Virus record (IMG/VR): IMGVR_UViG_3300011006_000010
Span: 1 to 64,000 of that record
Direction: 5' to 3' (one strand)
Length of the DNA: 64,000 nucleotides
Source: a virus
Lineage: Duplodnaviria; Caudoviricetes
Position numbers and translations under genes: made by a program. Below the pieces are notes generated by a model that made no database searches, had not been told where the DNA came from, and saw nothing but the letters and a program-made list of their open reading frames with translations. Shown piece after piece: positions 17,661 through 27,700 of this stretch. How positions within the stretch are numbered: the stretch's first letter is position 1; the number at the start of each line of letters is the position of its first letter.

Positions 17661-18836
17661 ATGGAAGATATCTTTTTCAGGCGAATGCAGCTTGCCTTGG
17701 GTGAAGGATATGTAGGCAGCGGAAGAACAAAAGATTCTGACATTTTAATGAATCATCTTTTTGATGTAGACCAGAATTATCGTAAAGGAATTATATATGA
17801 CTGGGAGATGTCGCCATTATCTTCTGTCGATTTCAAATTTGAAAAGGTCAAAACGTTTAAGGCTGAGGGTTATGAAGTTGAATATTATGTACAATTTAGA
17901 CCCGGATATCAGCCTGAAGTCTTGTTTAAGGACAAATTTCACAAAAATGACGGTAAGGAAAGATTTGGATTTTACATCGATGTTTACGACAGCGAAAAAG
18001 ATATCACTGAGAAATGGATGATTGTTGGCAAAGATCATAGAGTTACATTTGACAGATATAACGTATTAAGATGTAATTGGTGTATTGAATGGGTTGACGA
18101 AGATAAGAACTATCATAATTGTGTCTGTGTATTAAGAATGAGTGATTCAAATGACTTTAAAATGGTAGATACTGACGACTTAGGCGGTTCTAGCATCGAA
18201 GGCAATTACGGTGTTATTATTCCTACTAGAGAAGATGCTAAAACCATTTTGTATGGTCAGAGATTTATTATTACTGATACTGACACACGTCCTCAAACAT
18301 TTATGGTTACAAGAGTCAAAGACACTTCGCCATTAGGTATATCAAAACTCTATATGACACAGGCTTTATTCAATAGACATATAGATTATATCGGCGTTAT
18401 TGATGATGATACTAGTCATGAATTTGTTGCACCTATTTCCGATCTTCCGGATGGATTCGGTGGTAATTATCATATGATATGTAGTTGCATCAAAACAAAG
18501 GCGTTAAACGCGACTGACGCGTCGTCTACTTCAAGTGTTAACGAGTGGTATCTCATTTGCTCAGAAAATAAACTTTACTATAAAGGCACTCCCGTAAAAT
18601 TAACTGCCGTGCCAAGCATTGAGGGTACGGCTAAAGATTTCTTTTGGCGTTTTTATGTTGATGATATTCAATATGAACCAGAAGAACTTACGGATTATTT
18701 AATTATCAATATTGATGATCTTGTTGTTAATATTGAATGTATAAATAAAAAACTTGCAAAATATATCATCAGAGTCGTTATTGCCGACGAAGATGGTAGT
18801 TATATTAAAATGCATGAATTGGAGGTAAGTATGTAA
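17661..18836 (+). CDS. Putative head-closure/neck protein with C-terminal Ig-like region
   Basis: WMIV...RCNW..W motif; beta-rich C-terminus; synteny. Confidence 0.45.
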   Translation: MEDIFFRRMQLALGEGYVGSGRTKDSDILMNHLFDVDQNYRKGIIYDWEMSPLSSVDFKFEKVKTFKAEGYEVEYYVQFRPGYQPEVLFKDKFHKNDGKERFGFYIDVYDSEKDITEKWMIVGKDHRVTFDRYNVLRCNWCIEWVDEDKNYHNCVCVLRMSDSNDFKMVDTDDLGGSSIEGNYGVIIPTREDAKTILYGQRFIITDTDTRPQTFMVTRVKDTSPLGISKLYMTQALFNRHIDYIGVIDDDTSHEFVAPISDLPDGFGGNYHMICSCIKTKALNATDASSTSSVNEWYLICSENKLYYKGTPVKLTAVPSIEGTAKDFFWRFYVDDIQYEPEELTDYLIINIDDLVVNIECINKKLAKYIIRVVIADEDGSYIKMHELEVSM

Positions 18837-18837
18837 T

Positions 18838-19419
18838 ATGGCGATATTTGAAGAAAAAGTAAAAGAGCCAGCACTTTCCCAAGAAATGCAAGACATTTTA
18901 TCACGTTCTATGCAGGATACTGATTTGGGGCGCATTGATGATCTGTGGAGATATAAATACAGAATCATGAGGATGTTGCTTGCCAATGAAGATTTATTAA
19001 GAACTTTACATTGTGCGAAGATAGAAGAACAAGGCGAAGAATTAATTGGTGAAGCGTATAAAGATGTTTGTATTTTCGATTTTATGAAACTGCCAGACCT
19101 TAAGGATGAAATCAAAAACTATGTTTGTTTTGAGGTTTCTGATCAGGGTTATGATGGCAGAAGAAATAAGAAAATTACATTTAGAATAGTAAGTCATGTT
19201 GAAGATCATAAAACTGATTGGGGTATTTCAAGACAAGATTTATTATCGATGATTGTTAAAAACATTTTTGATTATACGAATGAACTGGGCGGAACTCTTG
19301 AACCAAATTCTGATAGCGGTCATATAACTAATGACGGTTATATTTATAGAGAAATTTCATATAAAGCTTTAAATCCTAAGGATGTTTATAACAAGATAAA
19401 CAAAGCTGGCGTCAGATAG
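18838..19419 (+). CDS. Putative tail terminator/completion protein
   Basis: Position upstream of the tail tube; R.DLL and GYIYR motifs. Confidence 0.4.
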   Translation: MAIFEEKVKEPALSQEMQDILSRSMQDTDLGRIDDLWRYKYRIMRMLLANEDLLRTLHCAKIEEQGEELIGEAYKDVCIFDFMKLPDLKDEIKNYVCFEVSDQGYDGRRNKKITFRIVSHVEDHKTDWGISRQDLLSMIVKNIFDYTNELGGTLEPNSDSGHITNDGYIYREISYKALNPKDVYNKINKAGVR

Positions 19420-19442
19420 TCGGCTATGATTTAAGGATTAAA

Positions 19443-20225
19443 ATGAGTGAATATAAGTATGATATATTAAAGATGTATTTCGGAGAAGATTATCCTGTGA
19501 CTGATTATTTAATTATTCACCAACCATCCATTGGCGATATAATTGAATTCGGCGAGACTAGATTCTTTTCCATTGCATCTTTGTTGTGTGCAAACACGAC
19601 TTCAATGCGATTAGAATTATGGGATAATGGGTATGACTGGAATGAAATTACCGATTTTGAATTGTTTTGTTCTTTAACTAGTATACTTACGCCAGATCAA
19701 ACTTATTTGGTATTTGGCGATTTTGATTTGTCCAAATTGAGACCTTATCGAGTAGATGATAAAGTTATTCTTATCGACCCAGAAAACGCTGATATATATA
19801 TAGATGAAGAGATCTATAATAAGCTTGTTGGTTATCTTAGGGTGATGTTTAATATACATCCCAAGGTGGAGAAAGCCAAGGGAAAAGCGACTAAAGAGGC
19901 GATAATTTGGGAAGAAAGAGAAAATTTGAGAATACAAGAATTAAAACAAAGGAATATTGATTATCAGCCATCTGTCTTATTTCCGTTGATATCTTCTGTT
20001 TTATGTCATCCTGGATGTAAGTATAAGAAGAATGAGTTAAAGGAATTGGGGCTTGTTGAATTTTTTGACATAGTTGAAAGATTGCAGGTTTACGAAAGAT
20101 CAACAGCTTTGCTTAAGGGTATATATTCTGGCTTTATCGATGTTAAGGGAATTGATAAAAACGACGTTAACTTTATGCGCGATCTGCACGAACAAGATTT
20201 AAATGATTTAAATAAATTAAACTGA
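19443..20225 (+). CDS. Hypothetical tail-region protein
   Basis: 260-aa ORF in the late operon. Confidence 0.6.
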   Translation: MSEYKYDILKMYFGEDYPVTDYLIIHQPSIGDIIEFGETRFFSIASLLCANTTSMRLELWDNGYDWNEITDFELFCSLTSILTPDQTYLVFGDFDLSKLRPYRVDDKVILIDPENADIYIDEEIYNKLVGYLRVMFNIHPKVEKAKGKATKEAIIWEERENLRIQELKQRNIDYQPSVLFPLISSVLCHPGCKYKKNELKELGLVEFFDIVERLQVYERSTALLKGIYSGFIDVKGIDKNDVNFMRDLHEQDLNDLNKLN

Positions 20226-20255
20226 GGATAAGTAAATATTGCTTGTCCTCTTTTT
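20224..20255 (+). terminator. Intrinsic terminator
   Basis: GAGGATAAGTAA-ATA-TTGCTTGTCCTC-TTTTT. Confidence 0.7.
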
Positions 20256-20298
20256 ATATTATATCAATGCAAAAAAAATATTATAGGAGGAAATTATT

Positions 20299-21084
20299 AT
20301 GGCATTTTCAATGGATGGTATTATCATTGACAGAATTCAGTATGGTATTGCTGAAGATTTTTCTGGCAACATTTTATACACTTTAACTCAGTTAGCTGAT
20401 GCTACTATTAATATTACTGCCGAATCTAAAGACGCTGTTGATAAAGACGGCACTTTGATCAAGAGATTCTATACTGGTAAATCAGGTACTTTTGAAGCTA
20501 ATAACGCAATTGTTGACTTCAACATCTTAGCAGCTGGCACTGGCACTTCAAAAGCAGTTGCAACAAATGCAAATTCAATCGTTATGCCAGGTATTATGAC
20601 TGTTGCAGCTGGTACTACTTCAGTTACTCTTAACAACTTAGTTGCTGATTCAGTACAGGTTGTTGGCATTGCTTCAAACGGCACTAAAGTTACTGATTAT
20701 ACATTAGCTACCGCTGCAAGTGCAACTGAATTCGCAGTATCTAATACTACTTTAACTCTTCCAACTGACACTGTTCCTGCTAATTTCGTTGTTAAATATA
20801 ACAGAACAGTTACAAGCGGCGTTAAGGTTGTCAACAAGGCTGATGAGTTCCCAGGCACTATCAAATTAACTTTAAAAGCATTAGCAATCGACACTTGTTC
20901 TCCTGACGTAGTACGTTCTGTATATATCGTACTGCCTTCATTCCAGGTTTCTCCAGAAACTTCATTGTCATTAACAACTGATGCTCAGTTATCTTACAAC
21001 GGCGATTTACAGGTTTCTTACTGTGGTTCTGATGGTAAAGTATTATACGAAATCTACTTCGCAGAAGACGACGTTGAAGCTTAG
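20299..21084 (+). CDS. Major tail (tube) protein
   Basis: Strong SD AGGAGG, capsid-like codon bias, T/A/V-rich beta protein, terminator directly after. Confidence 0.7.
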   Translation: MAFSMDGIIIDRIQYGIAEDFSGNILYTLTQLADATINITAESKDAVDKDGTLIKRFYTGKSGTFEANNAIVDFNILAAGTGTSKAVATNANSIVMPGIMTVAAGTTSVTLNNLVADSVQVVGIASNGTKVTDYTLATAASATEFAVSNTTLTLPTDTVPANFVVKYNRTVTSGVKVVNKADEFPGTIKLTLKALAIDTCSPDVVRSVYIVLPSFQVSPETSLSLTTDAQLSYNGDLQVSYCGSDGKVLYEIYFAEDDVEA

Positions 21085-21098
21085 TTGATCTAAATTAT

Positions 21099-21126
21099 AG
21101 GGAGAGTCTGCATAGACTCCCCTTTT
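21099..21126 (+). terminator. Intrinsic terminator
   Basis: AGGG-A-GAGTCT-GCAT-AGACTC-CCCT-TTT. Confidence 0.7.
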
Positions 21127-21201
21127 AATTTTTTTAAATAGAGACGAAACGACTTCGTCTCGTTTTTGCTTAAAAAAATTAAAGAAAAGGAGACTAAAAT
21201 A

Positions 21202-21483
21202 ATGGCAAATTTAAATAGAAAATGTTTATTATGTGGACATGAATATGAGTATTGTCCTACTTGCGCAAGAGATGCTAATAAACCTATTTGGTATAGGAAT
21301 TATCATGATGAAAATTGCAAAACTATTTTTCATGTATTGTGCGATTTTAACGCAGACAACATTTCTCAGGACGAAGCAAGAGAGATCTTAGCTGGCTGCA
21401 ATTTATCAAGAAGAAGTTCTTGGTCTCAGTTCAATAAGGATCTACTTGCTCGTATCATGAAGAACGATGGAAAAAGAAAATAA
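21202..21483 (+). CDS. Small Cys-rich (Zn-finger-like) protein
   Basis: ATG 21202 after SD AAGGAG; CLLC...YCPTC...HDENC. Confidence 0.65.
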   Translation: MANLNRKCLLCGHEYEYCPTCARDANKPIWYRNYHDENCKTIFHVLCDFNADNISQDEAREILAGCNLSRRSSWSQFNKDLLARIMKNDGKRK

Positions 21484-21505
21484 TAAATAGAGAGTGTATT
21501 ATTCA

Positions 21506-21538
21506 AGGGTATGTCTCTCATGGACATACCCTTTTTTT
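21506..21538 (+). terminator. Intrinsic terminator
   Basis: AAGGGTATGTC-TCTCATG-GACATACCCTT-TTTT. Confidence 0.75.
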
Positions 21539-21552
21539 GGTTGGGAAGAAAT

Positions 21553-21795
21553 ATGGAAAGAGATTATGTAATTAGTGATAGTACTCATTTTGTATATTAT
21601 CCAAGAGATTGTGTTAGGCTTGTAAATCCAAAACAAGTTGCATTTTATATGAAGCGTGGAATACAGCTCATGGACATATATCCTAGCAGTGATTTGAAGA
21701 CAGGTGAAGACATTCTAGTTTTTTTGGTAGATAAGAGGAAAAGCTATAAGGTTTATCAGGAATGGATGGAGATGAAGAATAATGACGAGAAGTAA
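21553..21795 (+). CDS. Small hypothetical protein
   Basis: ATG 21553 preferred because ATG 21511 lies inside the terminator stem. Confidence 0.6.
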   Translation: MERDYVISDSTHFVYYPRDCVRLVNPKQVAFYMKRGIQLMDIYPSSDLKTGEDILVFLVDKRKSYKVYQEWMEMKNNDEK

Positions 21796-22249
21796 ATATA
21801 ATGTATCAAGTGAAAAAGATCAAAGAATGTGCGATGACATCGTCTTTGATTCTCAGGTTGAAATGCGTTTCTATAGAGATTTTGTTATCCCCAAATTTAA
21901 TAACGGTGAGATAACACATTATGAACTTCAAAAACCATACGTTCTTCAGCCTCCATTTAGTCATAATGGCAGCAAGATCAAACCAATTACCTATGTGGCT
22001 GATTTTTATATTGAATGGGCTGATGGCTCGTCTGAAGTTATTGATATTAAAGGATTCCCTGATTCAGTATCTAAGATAAAGCGCAAGATGATGTGGTATA
22101 TGTACCCGGATGTAAAATTCAATTGGTACACATATAGTAAGATCGATGGCGGATTTTGTACGTATGAATACGTATCACAGCAGAGAAAGATACGAAAGCG
22201 AAAGCGAAAGGAAGCGAAGAAGAATGTCAAGAAGGACGGTTTGGAATAG
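21782..22249 (+). CDS. DUF1064-family PD-(D/E)XK endonuclease
   Basis: SKYN, FDS..E, Q..Y.LQ, YVADF, VIDIKG motifs. Confidence 0.8.
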   Translation: MTRSKYNVSSEKDQRMCDDIVFDSQVEMRFYRDFVIPKFNNGEITHYELQKPYVLQPPFSHNGSKIKPITYVADFYIEWADGSSEVIDIKGFPDSVSKIKRKMMWYMYPDVKFNWYTYSKIDGGFCTYEYVSQQRKIRKRKRKEAKKNVKKDGLE

Positions 22250-23219
22250 ACTGGTCAATGATGAACTCTTAGCTAAGATCAACATACAAAATAAGGAATT
22301 GAAACAAGATTTCTTAGACTACCTAGAGTCCGTGGATAGATCGGAACAGACGGTATACCAATATAGCAAAGATTTGGATTCTTTCTTTGTTTGGAATCTA
22401 CAGAGTAATGATAATAAGTTCTTTGTGGATATAAAAAAACGAGATTATATTAAATGGCAAAAATGGGCTATGGATATATTGGGATGGTCTCCTGCGAGAT
22501 TGAAAAGGGTTAAAGCTACTCTGTCGTCTTTATCGAATTATATTGAAAGAATACTTGATGATGAATATCCAAATTTTAGAAGTGTAATTACAAAGATTGA
22601 ATCACCAATAAAAGAACCAGTAAGAGAAAAGACCGTATTGACAGATGAGCAAATTAAAGAATTGCTTGACAGATTGACAGCGGAAGAGAGATATGAACAG
22701 GCATGTGCTGTGGCAATTCTTGCTTATTCTGGCATGAGGAAAGCAGAATTACTATTGATGAAGACTAGTTATTTCACTGAAAGTAATATTATTTTTGATG
22801 GCGCCATGTATCAAACTGAAAAAATAAGGACAAAGGGTCGCGGGAAAAATGGCAAACAATTGAATAAATATGTCTTAATCGCAGCTAAGCCGTATATTGA
22901 TAAATGGTTATCTGTGAGACCTGAATTTGATAATGATTGGATGTTTGTTAACGCTCATGGCGAACGAAGAAAAGATATCTCAACCTTTACTGCTCATTGG
23001 AGTAAACTGCTTAGTGAAGATATTTATGCGCATAGTTTTAGACATTATTTTACATCGTATTTAAGCAGGATGAATATTCCCGCCGAAGTCATAAGGGAGA
23101 TTAACGGCTGGTCTGAAATCGGTATGGTTAGTGTTTATAATGACAATGAAGTTAAGGACACATTTGGAATGTATTTTACCAAAGATGGTGTTGTAAAACA
23201 GAATAACGGAGAATTATAA
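22224..23219 (+). CDS. Tyrosine recombinase/integrase (YomM-like)
   Basis: SAM-like N-domain; catalytic R (GMRKAEL), K (RTKG), HSFRH, GW, Y (VSVYND); start MSRRTVWN after an SD. Confidence 0.88.
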   Translation: MSRRTVWNRLVNDELLAKINIQNKELKQDFLDYLESVDRSEQTVYQYSKDLDSFFVWNLQSNDNKFFVDIKKRDYIKWQKWAMDILGWSPARLKRVKATLSSLSNYIERILDDEYPNFRSVITKIESPIKEPVREKTVLTDEQIKELLDRLTAEERYEQACAVAILAYSGMRKAELLLMKTSYFTESNIIFDGAMYQTEKIRTKGRGKNGKQLNKYVLIAAKPYIDKWLSVRPEFDNDWMFVNAHGERRKDISTFTAHWSKLLSEDIYAHSFRHYFTSYLSRMNIPAEVIREINGWSEIGMVSVYNDNEVKDTFGMYFTKDGVVKQNNGEL

Positions 23220-23230
23220 GGAGAAAGAAT

Positions 23231-23794
23231 ATGAAAATTACAGATTTGAATAAAGACAATTTTAAAGAAGTTGAATGTAAAGAACTTGGATGTCAGGAAC
23301 TTAAACTAATCGCTGAACAAGTGGTTAAAAATTTCGTTAAAGTAGAAGATGGTATTGTTAGATATAACGAACTCGATATTCATTTTGCTTTGGCACACAT
23401 CTATTTAAGATTAGCTACGGATCTTTTTGAAGATGTAGATATTTCTGACGAAGAAGTAACAAACATTTTGTTGCATTCTGATGCCATCAATACATATTTG
23501 CATTATGATACTATTGAATATGAATATCTTGAAGTTTTACTTCATGATCTGATCAGACAAATTGAAGATGAAAATAGCGTATATGCAATTGCAAAAAAGG
23601 CAATTTTTCATATTGATGAAGAACTAGCTAAGCTGTTAATCGAGGCTGAAGATAAGATCGAATCTCTTTCTGCTAAAGAAGTAATTGAGACTGCAACAGA
23701 AGCTATTGGGACTATAACTAAGTCTTTAAAGAGAGAAGATATTGATGCTATTAGCTCTTTGTTTAAGGGAAATAAAAAAAATGAACTTAACTAG
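23231..23794 (+). CDS. Hypothetical protein, possible tail assembly chaperone
   Basis: SD AAGGAG; helical; upstream of the TMP. Confidence 0.5.
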   Translation: MKITDLNKDNFKEVECKELGCQELKLIAEQVVKNFVKVEDGIVRYNELDIHFALAHIYLRLATDLFEDVDISDEEVTNILLHSDAINTYLHYDTIEYEYLEVLLHDLIRQIEDENSVYAIAKKAIFHIDEELAKLLIEAEDKIESLSAKEVIETATEAIGTITKSLKREDIDAISSLFKGNKKNELN

Positions 23795-24131
23795 TTTAGT
23801 TACCAAATTAAAGACAAGTTCTTTAATAAACATCGAAAGAGTTGTCACGATAAAAAAATATATATCAATTAAAGAAAAATTTAAAATTGTAGATGAATAT
23901 AGGGAAATATTTAAGCAACATAGAGAAGACTATCCAAAATACGAATCCTATGTTGCTTTTATATTCTTTAATTTAATTGTTGTTAAATATTACACGAATA
24001 TTGACATTCAATTAACATATGAAGAATTTGATTTGTTGTCATCGAGTAATTTATTGTCTGAAATAGTACAAAAAATAGGGCAAGATTATTCACTTTTGAT
24101 GCAATTGGCTCAAATAAATATAAATAAATAA
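23781..24131 (+). CDS. Hypothetical protein, probable paralog of the upstream gene
   Basis: ATG 23781 after AAGGGA; similar hydrophobic pattern to 23231-23794. Confidence 0.5.
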   Translation: MNLTSLVTKLKTSSLINIERVVTIKKYISIKEKFKIVDEYREIFKQHREDYPKYESYVAFIFFNLIVVKYYTNIDIQLTYEEFDLLSSSNLLSEIVQKIGQDYSLLMQLAQININK

Positions 24132-24132
24132 G

Positions 24133-24708
24133 GTGATGATTGTGACGAATGCCAAAATAAATATTAATCAATTTGAAAAGAATATAATAGATGCTATTTA
24201 TAAGACTGTAGCAACTCCAGGCAAAAGACTGATGAAATTTACTGTTGAAGATATTATTAATGAATGGAGAGCGAGTGCCGGACTTGGTTCTAGTGATGGT
24301 TATATGGCTGAAACTTTTGGATACGAGGTCGATATCAAGGCAAGTGGCGATGTCGCAGAGATAGTTATTCGAGGGTGGTCTGATCCTCATAAGTATCATG
24401 GGTTAAGTTTTGATGGTTCTGAGTGGGCGAGTCGTCATGGATATTCTGATAGCGAAGCAAATCTATATGTATATTCTTTGCAAATGTATAGTGGCATTAT
24501 TGGACTGCCTGAATATGCAAACACATGGGCAAGCGAGCATGATGGCGAACCTTATCATAATCTCACGCTTGGATGGAGTCATGGACATAATATTCATTAC
24601 CATAAAACTGAGCCTCTGATAACTTTCTTACCCAATAGTGGTTTATGGAGAAAATGGGAAAATGAAATGTATGACGTTATTAAATGGTGTCAAATAACAT
24701 TTAAATAA
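24133..24708 (+). CDS. Hypothetical tail-region protein
   Basis: ORF directly before the TMP. Confidence 0.6.
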   Translation: MMIVTNAKININQFEKNIIDAIYKTVATPGKRLMKFTVEDIINEWRASAGLGSSDGYMAETFGYEVDIKASGDVAEIVIRGWSDPHKYHGLSFDGSEWASRHGYSDSEANLYVYSLQMYSGIIGLPEYANTWASEHDGEPYHNLTLGWSHGHNIHYHKTEPLITFLPNSGLWRKWENEMYDVIKWCQITFK

Positions 24709-24720
24709 GGAGGAGATTTT

Positions 24721-27700
24721 ATGGCGAGAGTAGCAGAAATTGAGGCTGTAATCAAAGCGAACGTAAAAGACTTAGATATAGCAGCGTTGAAGATCGAGCA
24801 ATTATCTAGAGATATTGACAATATTAATAAAAAAGAAGATATACATATCGCAATCAAAGTCGATGACGCTGATCCTAAGAAAATTTTAAAAGAGATAAGT
24901 GCTATTGATAGCGCATTGAGGAAAAGTGGATTAAAAGTAAAATTGGATTATGATTTGTCTGGCATGGAAAAAATGGCTAAGCAAATCACGAGAAATGGAT
25001 TAGTTCCAACAGACGAAATCCAAGATGCAGAGAAAGCTTTGCAAAGTCTTGGAAGAACAGCTCAAGGCATTGCAAAGAACCATAATTTAGGATTTGATAA
25101 TCTTAAATTAGAGAAGATTGAAGACTTTGAAGATGGCATTAAGAGTATTGATGCTGCGATTAAAGAGGCGGACGATAAACTCAAAAGTGCAAAAAGTGTA
25201 AAAAGTGCTTTTGGTGAATATAATAATTTCTTTGGTGAAGGATTTAAGCAGGCTAAAGATATTATTACGAATGGCGGAGAAAGTTTAAACAGCGTTTTAG
25301 AAAAAGTATTTAAAGGCACTGACATTTCTACTTTTAATGAAAAGATACAAGAAGGGTTGCAGATCTTTCAAGTTTATATTGACAACTTGGAAACACTTGC
25401 TGGTGAATGGGCAACAAACCCAATTTCAGATTACAAGGGTGTGTTGCAGGACTCTTTTAGTAATTCTGGAAAAATTAGAGCAATGCTCAGTGCCATGGAA
25501 CGTATTAGTGGGAAAAATGTTTCTATATCTGAATTTAACGGTCGTTTTTTAGGTGCGATTGATAATGATGAACTCATCGATATCAGTAAAACGGCTGATG
25601 ATATATATAATAGATTTAATGACATTAGTGGAATAAACATTGATACAAATTTGGCTGGAAGCGTCACCGATCTTAGAAAAGCTAAAAGCGAATTAACTGC
25701 ACTCAAATCAATTTACGAAAACGTTATCAATATGAGTGGCGACGGGTCGATGGATTTTGACGCTATTTCTAAACGTATTTCAAGAGACGGGAAGATTAAA
25801 CTTGAGGTCGTTCCTTATAAATTAGATAAATTTATCGAGCAAATTGTTGAGGCTTTAAAAGATCCTGTTCCAGTATCATTAAAACCTTCGGAAGATGCTA
25901 TTAAAAATTTATTTGGAAAAACCTATGACGTCGATATTAATCCGAAGATTGCTGAAGATTTTGTTCTTAATATTGAAAATGCAGAACTGAAAAATATAGT
26001 GTTGCCTGAGACTATTAGTGATGAAGAGATAAACGACAATTATCGATATGGCTATAAAATAATGGAGAATTCTCAGGCTAGTAAGCAAAGAGATACTGTT
26101 AAGACATTGATTAAGGACATTTTGGCTAGAGCTGAAAATGAACTTAGCGATCAGCAAAAAGCTTTGATTCTTGGTATTGAAGATGCCTACATGGAAAGCA
26201 AAACAACGACTCCTGTTGACGGAAAAAGGAAGAAGACAAAAGAAAGCGAAGTAAGCACAGAAGACAAGCAACGCGATATCACCGAAGCGTTAGGACGAGC
26301 GTCTGTGCAAATAGAGGCTTTTAGAGATAGAAACAAACACTTATTAACCACAGATATATTTAATGCGGAATCTGCAATTGACGAAATTGAAAAGATTAAT
26401 AAAGTTGTTAATGAAATAAATTTCAAGCCTGATGTAAAGCTGAACGAAAATATTTTTGGCAACATTTTGCCTTCTTCTGAGGAAGCGGCTAGCGCTCTTA
26501 GGGTTTTTAATGACGAATTGATAAAAACTCAAGAGAGTATAGATGGCATTGAGAAAGCAAGAAACATTTCGTTTAGTGATAGCATTGTCAATCCTATAGA
26601 AAAGGCTTTGTCTCAAATTCAGACCTCATCTAAAGCAACAGATGGGCTGTCTTCGATTTTTAATTTTGATGCAAATACAAAAGGAGTAAAAACGGCTGTC
26701 AAGCAGACATATACTTCTTTGTCGCGTCTTTTTGAAAATAATATTCCAAAAGATTATCAAGAAACTATCGCCAATTCTTTTGGCGATATACTAAATGAAC
26801 TTAAGGTTCCTAATTTAGATGAACAGGCAAGTAATCTAGAAAGACTGAAGGCTATTTATGAACAGACGCGTTCGCTTATGAATCAAGGATTGTTTGAAGG
26901 CAAGCCTGCAATTTTAGGTGGTCAAACTGGCAAGCTAGTTGAATATTTAAATCAAGCCGAAGAACTTACAGAGAAGATTGATTATGCTAATAAATATTTA
27001 GAGTATTCTCATAATCAGGACTGGATTAATGCTACCGGCGAAGAAAGAATTAGTGAAATTGAAATTCGGGTTCGTCCAAACCTGACAGCGTTTAATCTTC
27101 AGCTCAAGATGATAGAAAAGGAACCAATCCCATTAAAAATAAAATTGGATGGTGAGTCTAAACAAAAGTTTGTTGAAGAAATAGCTGAACTTGGTTCTAA
27201 ATTCAACGCGGAAAACGAAACGTCAAATGAAGAAGTAAAGAATAATTTTGCTGGAATTCCTTTAACTGCTAATTTGAGTGAAATAAGTCAGGGTATTTTA
27301 GAAATTGCAAATAAGAAATATGAACTGACATTTACTGCAGAAGACAGTCTCCAAGTTTTATCTGATAGTATTAAGAGCATTTTTAATAATATTGATTTAG
27401 AATCGCCCTTATTAAATGCTACTTCTTTAACTCCAGATTTAACTAAGGTTATTGATGGAATTTCAGAAATTACGGGGAAAACATATGAATTAACATTTGT
27501 CGCAGATACAAGTATTAAAGATTTGTCCGAAAGCATTAGTCAAATGTTTTCAGGAGCTAAATTAGAAGGCTATGGCGATAACATTGTTGAAGCAATTTCC
27601 AAACAAAGTACGCAGATCAATAAAAATAATTCGGCGAACGTAAATAATAAATCAACGAAAGAGTTTTTATCTGCGTTGGACTCCCTTGAAGCTTTTGATT

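Noticed and set aside
23767-23775. -1 slippery heptamer G GGA AAT, as in lambda G/T tail chaperones
   Set aside because: The -1 frame hits TAA immediately (23773-23775), and the downstream ORF is in the +1 frame.
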